DNA of 64,000 nt from Candidatus Omnitrophota bacterium (GTDB lineage: Bacteria > Omnitrophota > Gorgyraeia > Gorgyraeales > Gorgyraeaceae). The stretch is from contig JBDRJN010000005.1 of NCBI GenBank assembly GCA_043814965.1, positions 4,858 to 68,857 on the forward strand, written 5' to 3'. Of the stretch, positions 42,798-52,092 are shown one piece after another. The position numbers and the translations under genes were made by a program. Position 1 is the first letter of the stretch, and each line of letters begins with the position of its first letter. The notes beneath the pieces were generated by a model, which was given only the letters and a program-made list of their open reading frames with translations, was not told the origin of the DNA and made no database searches.

Positions 42798-45653
42798 TTA
42801 ATCCAAAGCTGCTATAATACCCACTCCGATAGCGATACGAGAGATCATCTCTACCATGTCCTTAAAAATATCATACGCAGGCCTTGTATATACGAATCTC
42901 TGAGGAATGACTATTGTATCACCTCTACCAACTGCCTTGGACATCATGAACTTACTGACTGCCTCGCCGTTAGCGCGAAGTACATATACGCCGGCTTTAT
43001 CAGCATGCCTTGTCAAGCCGCCTGTCTTTTTAATATAATATTCTATTCCTTTGCCTTGTTCAAAAGGTATTGACGTAGGATTATTGACGCTTCCCATCAC
43101 AGAAACAGCCGACGGTGTCTGGGGGATCTTTAGATTATCACCGTCTTCAAGCAAAATATCATATTTACTGTTCTTTAATTTTGAACCTGGTAAAAGTGTT
43201 ATAACCATGCGGCCTGTTATCTCAACCGAACTTATAAAATCCAGCATCTGCCTTCTTGTATCCAAAGACGATGTAGTAGCGCTGCTAGCCACTATCCCAG
43301 TAGTAGACCCTCTCAACAATATTGCCTGCTGCTCTTCCAGGAGAGACCTGTTTTCTTTTTCAAGAAACTTGTCCCGCATCTTTTCCTGTAATTCTTTTAT
43401 AGAAGTTCTAGTAAAAAATGCCCCATCTAGGAAAGCATCCTCTGTAAAGCCTCCTGCCCGCTCTATAAGAGAGCTTAATCTCTCGCCTCTTCTTATAGAA
43501 TAATTCCCAGGATATCTTATCTCTCCCTCTATAGCAATTACTTTTCTTTCAGTAAGTTTCGGCTCTGACTTAACAAAAAGCGTATCTCCAGGCCTAAGAT
43601 TGATATCTTTGTCTATAGATATATTGCCCTTCGAAAGATATTTTATAGAAATATTCCTTATAACAGGCTGATCTCCTGGGATTATATGGAACAGTTCCCC
43701 TCCTCTTATGACCTCGTCTTGTTTCACGCCCCCACCTCTAAAAACAAGATCTGATATCTTCATGTCCGGAGTAAACATATATTCTCCAGGCCTATTGACT
43801 GCTCCTTCTATCTTTACAAATAAAGGCGGCTGGACTTGCGATTCAGAATATACTATCAGGATATCCCACTCTTTTAAGTAAATATCCTCTTCTTCTTTAC
43901 CTAGCTCCAAAGCCTCCAAGTTCACTGGTATGATCTGGCGATGCCTGTCTTTTGTGACCCTTGATAGCTCTGCTCGATAAAGATGAGTAGCTGGCAGGAA
44001 ACCTTTTGCTGTCTTTATCAAATCGCTCACTTTCATATCTCTTGCCAGGGCATAGTCCCCTGGCCTCTCAACATTTCCTAAGATCGAGACAAAATTATGT
44101 TTTAATCTTACTATAGGAGAAATGATGACCATATCCCCGCTCTTTAATCTAGTATTTTTCATTGAAAGAGATATATCATCTGTTTTCTTGGTCTCGACAT
44201 CAAACATTGTACGTATCTCATTACCCTCCACGCGTTCTATCTGCAGTCTCTGTAGATCTCCTGTGGGAGTGACACCTCCTGAAAAAGCCAATAGATCAGA
44301 TAAAGTTGCTTCATCCTTTACTTCATATATCGCGGGACGCTTCACGTTCCCGGAGATAGCGACTACATCTCCTATCGTAGGGACAAATACAGTATCCCCT
44401 GATCGGATCTTTGCATAACCAACATCCTTGCCTTCCAAGAGAAATGGATAAAGATCCACTACTTCCTCTTTTCCGTCTCCATGTATAAGCTTGATCTTTC
44501 TCAATGAACCCGTCTTGATAGGCCCCCCGGCTTCATATAATGCTTGAAAAACAGTTGACTGCGAATTGATACTATATGAACCTGGCTTTCTTACCTCACC
44601 CATCACAAATATCTGTATGTCGCGTATCTTACCCATCGAGACATCAACATTGAAATTCGTATAGAACTGATTCAATCTTTCTTTGATCCTATCTTCAGCT
44701 TCTTCAAATCTTAATCCCCACAAATAAAGCGGCCCTGATTTTGGGAGCATGATCTTGCCCTCTCTATCTACTGTCACAGGAAAACTATTTTGTACGCTCC
44801 CCCAAATATTAACGACCAAGGTATCTCCGGGGCCTATGATATAGTCAGGCCCTATAGGCACAACTGACTGCTGCCCGCCTATGTCAGATTGGCTGGAAAA
44901 TACTGAAGATGTAGAGCTGCTACTGCCGCCGATCACAGCCTTTAGCATACCAAGAGCGCTAAAGGCATCGATTTTTTCTTTGTCTGCAGGAACTCCTTCA
45001 TTTTCGATAGGTTTCTCTGGCCTGGAAAATAAATTATAACCAAATTGCTCCAAGTCCCTGGAAGCTCCAAAAGGAATAGTTTTCAAAAAACTCGCTTCTA
45101 TGCTGGACAACTCATCGCCTAATAATCCTCGTAAAAGTTTTCTTGATTCTAACACATCTCCTTCCGGGAAAAAAGTATACCCATCATATGGACATTTTAT
45201 TTTTTGCCTGATCTTGTATTCTTTGGCCTCGAAAGACGCTTCTCCTGAAAAAGAGATATCTTTATCGCTAGGCCGATTAGAAATAGGCTTATTGTCAGTT
45301 CCAAATATATTAAGTAGACCACCCTTACCTATACCTATATTTTTTTCAGCTATTACGTTAGGAGAAGCACCGGCACCTCCTGAGCCTTCTTCTTTGGGGA
45401 TCTCATAATTAACCCAGTGAGAATGAGGAGTCTCTCCCCCTGGTATATAATAAAACTCCATATTGCATCGCGGACAACGAACTGATCTATATGTTTCTGC
45501 TTTTTGAGCAGGGTCTGTTATCTCCAAGGCCTCATCCTGCCATGCCCCTTTACCACTTTTGACTTCCTCAGAAAATAAAGGCCCTGGGAAAATCGTTGTC
45601 AATAAGAACGCTGCGCACAATAACACATTGAAATTAATTAACTTCCTGAACAT
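42798..45653 (-). CDS. Large polysaccharide export protein (Wza/KpsD-like, multiple SLBB domains) with extra N-terminal region
   Basis: Signal peptide; FGYNLF; DYIIGPGD...WG...VDREG Poly_export motif; repeated GEVRKPG, GNVKRPA, GNVERPG, GAVNRPG, GEIRYPG SLBB units; amphipathic C-terminal helix. Confidence 0.88.
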   Translation of the reverse strand: MFRKLINFNVLLCAAFLLTTIFPGPLFSEEVKSGKGAWQDEALEITDPAQKAETYRSVRCPRCNMEFYYIPGGETPHSHWVNYEIPKEEGSGGAGASPNVIAEKNIGIGKGGLLNIFGTDNKPISNRPSDKDISFSGEASFEAKEYKIRQKIKCPYDGYTFFPEGDVLESRKLLRGLLGDELSSIEASFLKTIPFGASRDLEQFGYNLFSRPEKPIENEGVPADKEKIDAFSALGMLKAVIGGSSSSTSSVFSSQSDIGGQQSVVPIGPDYIIGPGDTLVVNIWGSVQNSFPVTVDREGKIMLPKSGPLYLWGLRFEEAEDRIKERLNQFYTNFNVDVSMGKIRDIQIFVMGEVRKPGSYSINSQSTVFQALYEAGGPIKTGSLRKIKLIHGDGKEEVVDLYPFLLEGKDVGYAKIRSGDTVFVPTIGDVVAISGNVKRPAIYEVKDEATLSDLLAFSGGVTPTGDLQRLQIERVEGNEIRTMFDVETKKTDDISLSMKNTRLKSGDMVIISPIVRLKHNFVSILGNVERPGDYALARDMKVSDLIKTAKGFLPATHLYRAELSRVTKDRHRQIIPVNLEALELGKEEEDIYLKEWDILIVYSESQVQPPLFVKIEGAVNRPGEYMFTPDMKISDLVFRGGGVKQDEVIRGGELFHIIPGDQPVIRNISIKYLSKGNISIDKDINLRPGDTLFVKSEPKLTERKVIAIEGEIRYPGNYSIRRGERLSSLIERAGGFTEDAFLDGAFFTRTSIKELQEKMRDKFLEKENRSLLEEQQAILLRGSTTGIVASSATTSSLDTRRQMLDFISSVEITGRMVITLLPGSKLKNSKYDILLEDGDNLKIPQTPSAVSVMGSVNNPTSIPFEQGKGIEYYIKKTGGLTRHADKAGVYVLRANGEAVSKFMMSKAVGRGDTIVIPQRFVYTRPAYDIFKDMVEMISRIAIGVGIIAALD

Positions 45654-47266
45654 TAAAACCTCCTTTTTATCTCTATGCCTAATATATGATTTTTTCTCTT
45701 TGATGTTGTATTGTCATAGTTCTTGATATTTTCCAGGTCATAAAATATATTCATCTCCGCATCATCTATATTATACATCTTTAAAACATTTATTATACCA
45801 AAATTTATCTCTACCTCATCTATTATTTCAACATTAGCATTGCTTAGGCCTCGGCGTTTATGAGCCAGCGTAGAGCTTAGCCTATATTCATTGGGAAAAT
45901 TAAATATACCAGTGACAGCTACCTCTTCAGAATCCCCTCCAAGGCCATGGCCTATAAAATTGCCTCTATGAGTATAACCTGATCTGTATTTAAAATGCGT
46001 GTACCAGATCTTGTTAAACTTGGCAAATTCTATCTTTCCATCAAAACCCGGGATATTAAAAACATCTGTAAGATACATCCCTGTGATGTAAGCTAGGTCT
46101 ATAGGTGTATTACCCGCCTCATCTTCTCCGCCCCATTCTGTATAAAGCTTGGCGCCTGTAGCTATAGGGATAAATCTATCTATACGCCTTAAAAATAACT
46201 GGACGTCCCCTGAGATTATATGGTTCTCAGTCTCGCTCCCTCCTCCTGCAGCGCTAAATACTAAGGATGTGGCGCTCCAAAAATTGGCAAACCCTAATTT
46301 TTTTACTCCTTTTCCGCCAAACATCAAGATATGCCCAAATCCGAACTTTAAAAAATCACATGGAGTATAATCCAGCCTCCAACCCGAGACATATACATGA
46401 GGGACTGAACGTTTTTCCTCGAGCTTTGAGGTAAATACCTGGCCATTAAACCTGCCTATTTTTCTCAATATCCAGGGCAATCTGAAAGGCCGTACATTAT
46501 TGAACCTGGCCATATCCATAGGAAAGGCATTGTCTGTCATTAAAAGTGAGCCGTGAAAACCAGGCCCCCACCACATGGAGTTCCGGCCTGCTGCTAATTC
46601 CACATTGACTTTAGGATGGGAAAATCTTATATGAGCATCCTCAAGGTCTACGTCGGTATCATTTTCAGAATATCTGACACCAGGAGTAAGCGAGGCTGCA
46701 AAAAAATTAGCTATCTTTGCCCATGTAGTCAGCTTTGCCCTCAGATTAAAACCTTCTTTCAGCTTCCAGCCTTCTTTATTTTCAAAGAACACTTCTTTAA
46801 GGTCAGTCGTGACATAGGCCTTTTCAACTTTTAATCCCGGCTTGCCGAAAAGATATCTTTTTGAGCCCGAATCGCTGATAGATACCAGGTCGACCCCTAT
46901 AGTAACTAGCTCTTCCCTGAATTCATCTACTAATCCATACAAGATAGATTCTAGATAGTCCTGCTCTCCCAGCTCAAAACTCATTTCGTAATCACTGGCC
47001 TTCTCGAGAGCGCTCTTTATCATATATGCCATCTTTATGCGAGAAACAGGCCTAAAACCAATATCCGCGATATCAGCTAGGTTGAGTATCGCCAGCTTCT
47101 CAATGGCATCATAGCTCCAGTGCCTTACAGGGACATCTACCGAAGGATTTGCATAGCATTCGCTAACTGTAAAAAACAATATTAAGCATAATATTGTTCG
47201 AGCGAAGGCAAAATAGCCTCTATATAAGCTTGAAGAATATTTTGCCTGAGTCGAGAACGCTACCAT
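45653..47266 (-). CDS. Capsule assembly Wzi-family outer-membrane beta-barrel
   Basis: HWSYDAIEKL, RPVSR, GRNSMWWGPGFHGSLLMTDNA, YTHRGNFIGH, C-terminal F. Start placed at ATG 47266, overlapping the GIY-YIG stop (ATGGTAG). Confidence 0.85.
   Translation of the reverse strand: MVAFSTQAKYSSSLYRGYFAFARTILCLILFFTVSECYANPSVDVPVRHWSYDAIEKLAILNLADIADIGFRPVSRIKMAYMIKSALEKASDYEMSFELGEQDYLESILYGLVDEFREELVTIGVDLVSISDSGSKRYLFGKPGLKVEKAYVTTDLKEVFFENKEGWKLKEGFNLRAKLTTWAKIANFFAASLTPGVRYSENDTDVDLEDAHIRFSHPKVNVELAAGRNSMWWGPGFHGSLLMTDNAFPMDMARFNNVRPFRLPWILRKIGRFNGQVFTSKLEEKRSVPHVYVSGWRLDYTPCDFLKFGFGHILMFGGKGVKKLGFANFWSATSLVFSAAGGGSETENHIISGDVQLFLRRIDRFIPIATGAKLYTEWGGEDEAGNTPIDLAYITGMYLTDVFNIPGFDGKIEFAKFNKIWYTHFKYRSGYTHRGNFIGHGLGGDSEEVAVTGIFNFPNEYRLSSTLAHKRRGLSNANVEIIDEVEINFGIINVLKMYNIDDAEMNIFYDLENIKNYDNTTSKRKNHILGIEIKRRF
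47191..47258 (+). repeat. REP-like family A, inverted copy (ATATTGTTCGAGCGAAG-hairpin-TGAGTCGAGAA)
   Basis: Matches the reverse complement of the copies at 47547 and 48669 in its outer arms; the inner stem is replaced by GGCAAAATA...TATTTTGCC. Confidence 0.75.
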
Positions 47267-47532
47267 TCTTTTTTCCATTCTCCTCTTATAAGTTTTTCTT
47301 TCTTTTCCCTGTTCCAATCTTTGATCTGTCTTTCTCTATTCCTCGCCTCTTCTATGTTTTCATGTTCTTCAATATAAACTATCTTTTTAACACCATGTAT
47401 AGAAGTATATTTGCTTCCTAACCCTGATATGTGTTGATCATATCTCAGATCAGGCTTCCATGTCATGCCTGTATAATATGTTTCATCTTTGCATTCAAGA
47501 ATATACACATACCATTTCCATGCTTCTTTCAT
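47260..47532 (-). CDS. Stand-alone GIY-YIG nuclease (UPF0213/YhbQ-like)
   Basis: WYVYIL...YYTG...R...H...SKYT...ARNRERQIK: GIY-YIG motif residues with the catalytic Arg and Glu present. Confidence 0.88.
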   Translation of the reverse strand: MKEAWKWYVYILECKDETYYTGMTWKPDLRYDQHISGLGSKYTSIHGVKKIVYIEEHENIEEARNRERQIKDWNREKKEKLIRGEWKKEW

Positions 47533-47546
47533 AAGCCCATTTTTAT

Positions 47547-47591
47547 CTTCTCGACTTCGTCCGCCTACGGCGAACTTCGCTCGAAGAATAT
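47547..47591 (-). repeat. REP-like family A copy CTTCTCGACTTCGTCCGCCTACGGCGAACTTCGCTCGAAGAATAT
   Basis: Near-identical to 48669-48713; nested stem-loop. Confidence 0.85.
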
Positions 47592-47605
47592 TAAAAAGTT
47601 CTAAA

Positions 47606-47671
47606 CCATTTTATCATCTCACTTAGCCCTTGCTCTAATTTCACCTTCGGCGGACTTCGCTCGAAGAATAT
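47606..47671 (-). repeat. REP-like family A, degenerate tandem copy
   Basis: Right half CCTTCGGCGGACTTCGCTCGAAGAATAT is intact. Left part CCATTTTATCATCTCACTT resembles CCATTTTTATCTTCTCGACTT of the preceding copy. Confidence 0.75.
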
Positions 47672-48610
47672 TCAGGAGGCCCTGAACCAAGTTATTGTCT
47701 CTTTTAATCCTTCTTCTAGCTTGACTCTAGGCCCCCAACCTAAAAGTTTTTTTGCTTTCGATATATCAGGCTGCCTTACTTTTGGGTCATCCTCAGGGAG
47801 TTCCTTATAAGCTATGTTACTCTTACTGCCTGTAAGCCTTAAGATCACTCTTACTAGGTCTATCAGCTTCATCTCATCAGGATTGCCTAGATTTACAGGT
47901 TCATTATGATCTACCTGCGTCAACTTATAAATGCCTTCTATAAGGTCAGTCACATAACAAAAGCTTCTCGTCTGCTTTCCATTTCCATATACTGTAATAG
48001 GCTCATTTTTCAATGCTTGAGTTATAAAATTAGGTATGGCCCTGCCATCATTTTTTCTCATCCTGGGGCCAAAAGTATTGAAAATACGCACTATCCTTGT
48101 ATCAACATCGTGAACTTTGTTATAAGCCATTGTTACTGCTTCTGCAAAACGCTTTGCCTCATCATATACTCCTCTTGGGCCTATACAATTGACATGGCCA
48201 TAATAAGTCTCAGGTTGCGGGTGTACCTTGGGGTCTCCGTAGACCTCAGAAGTTGAGGCAAGCAGGAATTTCGCTTTTTTTGCCTTGGCAACACCTAATG
48301 CGTTATGAGTCCCGAGAGATCCTACTTTTAAAGTCTGTATAGGATATTGTAAATAATCTATAGGAGATGCTGGAGAGGCAAAATGCAAGATAAGGCTTAT
48401 ATCCCCGTCTATATCTATATATTTTGAGACATCGTGTTTTATAAATCTAAAATTTGGATATTTTTCAAGATGCTCTATATTGGAAAGCGAGCCTGTTATA
48501 AGGTTATCCATACAGATCACCTTATAATCTTTCTCAATAAATTTTTCGCATAGGTATGAGCCTAAAAAACCAGCTCCGCCAGTGATCAGTACTTTTTTCA
48601 TGTAAACCAT
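47672..48610 (-). CDS. UDP-glucuronate decarboxylase (UDP-xylose synthase-like SDR)
   Basis: [56 protein letters not shown]. Confidence 0.9.
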   Translation of the reverse strand: MVYMKKVLITGGAGFLGSYLCEKFIEKDYKVICMDNLITGSLSNIEHLEKYPNFRFIKHDVSKYIDIDGDISLILHFASPASPIDYLQYPIQTLKVGSLGTHNALGVAKAKKAKFLLASTSEVYGDPKVHPQPETYYGHVNCIGPRGVYDEAKRFAEAVTMAYNKVHDVDTRIVRIFNTFGPRMRKNDGRAIPNFITQALKNEPITVYGNGKQTRSFCYVTDLIEGIYKLTQVDHNEPVNLGNPDEMKLIDLVRVILRLTGSKSNIAYKELPEDDPKVRQPDISKAKKLLGWGPRVKLEEGLKETITWFRAS

Positions 48611-48613
48611 CCC

Positions 48614-48651
48614 AACCTCGTAGGTGACCCTTAAGGGTCACCTACGAGGTT
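48614..48651. repeat. Family B perfect 38-bp palindrome AACCTCGTAGGTGACCCTTAAGGGTCACCTACGAGGTT
   Basis: Perfect inverted repeat with no spacer; core CGTAGG-N4-CCTTAAGG-N4-CCTACG shared with 58800-58841. Confidence 0.85.
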
Positions 48652-48668
48652 TGTATTTCAATATTACG

Positions 48669-48713
48669 CTTCTCGACTTCGTCCGCTTGCAGCGGACTTC
48701 GCTCGAAGAATAT
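48669..48713 (-). repeat. REP-like family A copy CTTCTCGACTTCGTCCGCTTGCAGCGGACTTCGCTCGAAGAATAT
   Basis: Near-identical to 47547-47591 with a different loop; begins at the gmd stop codon on the mRNA. Confidence 0.85.
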
Positions 48714-49690
48714 CAGTCTATATTTAACCTCCTAATATCCTCATCCACCATCATCTTTACAAGTTCTTCAAAATTCACTTTAGGCTGCCATTTAAGGACC
48801 TTTTTAGCCTTTGAATAATCACCTTTCAGCTGATGGACCTCCGCAGGCCTGAATAGATTCTTGTCATTTTTAACATATTTTTTCCAGTCAAGGCCTACAT
48901 AGCCAAAAGCAACCTCAACAAATTTCCTTACCGTGTGTGTCTCGCCTGTAGCGATCACATAATCATCCGGCTTATCCTGCTGAAGCATAAGAAACATCGC
49001 TTCGCAGTAATCTTTTGCAAAGCCCCAATCTCTTTTAGCGTCCAGATTTCCAAGCTTGAGGTCTTTGGCAACGCCTAATTTGATCTTAGCTACCGTGCTA
49101 GTAATCTTTCTGGTAACAAATTCATAGCCTCTCATAGGAGATTCGTGGTTAAAAAGAATGCCGTTACAGGCAAAGATATTATATGCCTCGCGATAGTTAC
49201 GCGTGAGTTCAAATCCCGCGACTTTTGAGATGCCATACGGAGAACGCGGATAAAATGGCGTCTTCTCGGTCTGCGGCACCTCTCTTACATGACCGAATAC
49301 CTCACTAGAACAAGCAAAGTAAAATTTGCACTTAGGGGCTTTTTCTTTTATCGACGACAGCATAAAATGCGTGCCGTTGATATTGGTGCTTATCGTCGAG
49401 AATTCATCCTCGAATGAATAGCTTACAAAACTCTGCGCTGCCAGGTGATAGCACTCATCAGGCTTGATCTGCTCCACTATTTTAAATAGGCTCGCGTAGC
49501 TTTCCATAGAGCCTGAATGCAGGATCACTTTATCCAATATGTCTTTCAGCCTCCAGAGCCTGTGATCAGGGTCCTCCAGCGCAACGCGCCTCACTATGCC
49601 ATGGACCTCGTAGCCCTTATCTAAAAGCAATCTCGATAGATACGCTCCGTCCTGGCCTGTGATACCTGTGATCAATGCCTTCTTTTTCAT
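48713..49690 (-). CDS. gmd: GDP-mannose 4,6-dehydratase
   Basis: ITGITGQDGAYL, HLAAQSFV, PRSPYGISK, GILFNHESP, FVTRKIT, GNLDAKRDWG; GGAGG SD. Confidence 0.93.
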   Translation of the reverse strand: MKKKALITGITGQDGAYLSRLLLDKGYEVHGIVRRVALEDPDHRLWRLKDILDKVILHSGSMESYASLFKIVEQIKPDECYHLAAQSFVSYSFEDEFSTISTNINGTHFMLSSIKEKAPKCKFYFACSSEVFGHVREVPQTEKTPFYPRSPYGISKVAGFELTRNYREAYNIFACNGILFNHESPMRGYEFVTRKITSTVAKIKLGVAKDLKLGNLDAKRDWGFAKDYCEAMFLMLQQDKPDDYVIATGETHTVRKFVEVAFGYVGLDWKKYVKNDKNLFRPAEVHQLKGDYSKAKKVLKWQPKVNFEELVKMMVDEDIRRLNID

Positions 49691-49706
49691 AATACCTCCA
49701 ATATAG

Positions 49707-49834
49707 AATCAAATATAAAAAATTAAATATCAAAATTACATATAAAAATGTAAAAATTTAAAATCCTATGATAAAATCTTTGTTTTTAATCTTTGATTTG
49801 TATTTTTCATTTTTGCTTTTTAATTTTTAATTTT
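49707..49834. repeat. Family C: 7-nt-periodic A-rich/T-rich imperfect inverted tract
   Basis: AATCAAA TATAAAA AATTAAA TATCAAA ATTACAT ATAAAAA TGTAAAA, then TTTGATT TGTATTT TTCATTT TTGCTTT TTAATTT TTAATTT; homologous to the reverse complement of 57721-57830. Confidence 0.7.
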
Positions 49835-50755
49835 ACTAAAGTATTCTATAGTCCTTTTAAGCCCTTCTTCAAACCCTACCTTAGGATCAAAACCTATCAG
49901 TTTTTTTGCCTTAGTTATGTCTGCAAGCGTATCTTTGACATCTCCTGGCCTAGTAGGTGTAAATTTTGGCTTTATATCCTTTCCCATCAATTTATTTAGT
50001 ATTTTTATTATATCTAAGACGCTGTTTGAGTTGCCGCAGGCTATATTTAACACTTCACATCTTATGCCTTTAGCTGCGGCTGATCTTATATTGGCCTGCA
50101 CTACATTCTCTACATAAGTAAAGTCTCTTGTCTGTAAGCCATCTCCATGCACAGGAGGCTCTTCCCCCTTTAACATACACGTAATAAATTTAGGTATTAC
50201 AACTGCGTATTCATTTTCAAGGCTTTGACGTGGGCCAAACACATTAAAATACCTGAGGCCTACTGTCTTTAGGCCATAAGCCTCACTAAATATCCTGCAA
50301 TAATACTCTCCCGCAAGCTTTGTAAGGGCGTATGGGGATATAAGAAGCGGCAAAAGATCCTCTTTTTCAGGAAGCTTGTCGGTTTCCCCGTAAATAGAGC
50401 TTGAGGAAGCAAAGACAACCCTTTTGACCTTTGCGCCCCTGGCCTCTTCTAATATATTCAATGTCCCGTTTATATTGACATCATTATAGATGTGAGGATT
50501 ACCTAGAGACTTAGGGACGCTTCTTAACGCTGCCTGGTGAAGCACGTAATCTACGCCTTTTACTGCTTTTTTCACTAAGCCCTTATCTCTTATATCCCCT
50601 CTTATTAGCTCTATTTTATTTCTTACAGCTTCAAGGTTTTCTTCCCTGCCTGAACTAAAATCATCTATGACTACCACATCATTATTATCTTTAATAAGCG
50701 CGTCGACTATATGTGACCCTATAAAACCAGCTCCTCCTGTGACTAAGAACTTCAT
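49820..50755 (-). CDS. NAD-dependent UDP-HexNAc(A) 4-epimerase (WbpP/TviC-like SDR)
   Basis: TGGAGFIGS, HQAALRSVPKS, SPYALTK, LRYFNVFGPRQ, YAVVIPKF, RPGDV. Confidence 0.85.
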   Translation of the reverse strand: MKFLVTGGAGFIGSHIVDALIKDNNDVVVIDDFSSGREENLEAVRNKIELIRGDIRDKGLVKKAVKGVDYVLHQAALRSVPKSLGNPHIYNDVNINGTLNILEEARGAKVKRVVFASSSSIYGETDKLPEKEDLLPLLISPYALTKLAGEYYCRIFSEAYGLKTVGLRYFNVFGPRQSLENEYAVVIPKFITCMLKGEEPPVHGDGLQTRDFTYVENVVQANIRSAAAKGIRCEVLNIACGNSNSVLDIIKILNKLMGKDIKPKFTPTRPGDVKDTLADITKAKKLIGFDPKVGFEEGLKRTIEYFSKIKN

Positions 50756-50773
50756 CTATTTTTCCTTTCTTAT

Positions 50774-52075
50774 TTAGAGCCCGACTACTTTTTGACTCTT
50801 TTTGAACTTTTTAAGAGTATTGCGTGTATCTACTATCAAATTAGAATTATCCATTATAAATCCGTAATCTATCGACGAGTGATCAGTGACTATAGCGACG
50901 CAATCGCTTGAAGCAAGCGCTTCTTTAGAAAGCTCTATAGAAGCTAGCTTCAGATCATCCACCTCAAAAGACTTGACCAGCGGATCGTAATAGCTCACTT
51001 TTGCATCTTTTTCTATTAAAGATTTTATGATCGTAAGCGCTGGAGATTCTCTCAGATCATTGATATCCTTTTTATACGTTACCCCTATTATTAGAATTTT
51101 AGAGCCTTTTAATGGTTTTTTCTTTTCATTAAGTACCTGGGTTATACGGTCGACTACGTAATGCGGCATATATAGGTTTATCTCATGAGCGAGTTCAATT
51201 AGTCTTGCCTCAAATCCATGGCTTCTAGCTTTCCAGGATAGATATATCGGATCGCAAGGCAAGCAGTGCCCGCCCAGGCCTGGCCCAGGATAAAACGGCA
51301 TAAAACCAAATGGCTTTGTCTTCGCAGCCTCGATAACTTCCCATATATCAAGGTTCATCTTATTGCACATAAGCGCAAATTCATTGATAAGCGCTATATT
51401 TACAGCTCTGAATGTATTTTCAAGGAGCTTTACCATCTCAGCTGAGCGGGTATTGGATACAGCTATCACATCTCTTATTATTGAAGAATAAAGGAGTTTT
51501 GCCAGTTCCGTACAAGTATCAGTGATGCCCCCTACTACCTTAGGGATGTCTTTGGTCTTATATTTAGCATTGCCTGGGTCCACTCTCTCAGGTGAAAACG
51601 CAAGAAAGAAATCCTTTCCAACCTTCAGTCCATCTGCGCCGAGCCTAGTATAGATGATCTCTTCAGTAGTCCCTGGATAAGTAGTGCTTTCAAGGACGAT
51701 CAATTGTCCTCTTCTCAAATTAACCTTTATATCATCTGTTGCCGCAAGGATAAAAGATATATCAGGCTCTTTGGTCTTTCGAAGGGGTGTAGGGACACAT
51801 ATGATGATGACATCCATTTCTTTTAATAGACTTTTATCTAAAGTAACTGTGAGTCTGTCTGAATCTAATAGGTCTTTGACATCCGAGGACGGCACATCGA
51901 GTATATAAGAAATGCCTTTTTTTATACTTGAAACCCTTCCCTTGTCAGTATCAAAGCCTGTTACCTTAAAACCGACTTTACCAAATTCAACTGCCAGAGG
52001 CAGGCCTACATAACCGAAACCTATTATTCCGATATTAGCTGTTTTATTGGTAAGCCTTCTTCTTAGTTCTTGCAT
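50774..52075 (-). CDS. UDP-N-acetylhexosamine 6-dehydrogenase (WbpA/WecC/TviB family)
   Basis: GFGYVGLPLA, CVPTP, ESTTYPGTT, FSPERVDPG, KLLENTFR, GLGGHCLP, DLRESP. Start moved to ATG 52075. Confidence 0.9.
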   Translation of the reverse strand: MQELRRRLTNKTANIGIIGFGYVGLPLAVEFGKVGFKVTGFDTDKGRVSSIKKGISYILDVPSSDVKDLLDSDRLTVTLDKSLLKEMDVIIICVPTPLRKTKEPDISFILAATDDIKVNLRRGQLIVLESTTYPGTTEEIIYTRLGADGLKVGKDFFLAFSPERVDPGNAKYKTKDIPKVVGGITDTCTELAKLLYSSIIRDVIAVSNTRSAEMVKLLENTFRAVNIALINEFALMCNKMNLDIWEVIEAAKTKPFGFMPFYPGPGLGGHCLPCDPIYLSWKARSHGFEARLIELAHEINLYMPHYVVDRITQVLNEKKKPLKGSKILIIGVTYKKDINDLRESPALTIIKSLIEKDAKVSYYDPLVKSFEVDDLKLASIELSKEALASSDCVAIVTDHSSIDYGFIMDNSNLIVDTRNTLKKFKKSQKVVGL

Positions 52076-52092
52076 GTCTTTTCCTTTGTTAT

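Noticed and set aside
47267-47317. Longer Wzi start (MEQGKERK) given by the ORF track
   Set aside because: It overlaps the GIY-YIG gene by 58 nt and gives an implausibly long signal peptide; ATG 47266 is preferred.
47547-48713. Family A repeats as a CRISPR array
   Set aside because: Irregular spacing, copies separated by whole genes, one inverted copy, no uniform spacers and no cas genes.
48624-48818. Plus-strand 64-aa ORF across the uxs-gmd gap
   Set aside because: It is made of the palindrome and repeat sequence and runs antisense into gmd; no coding evidence.
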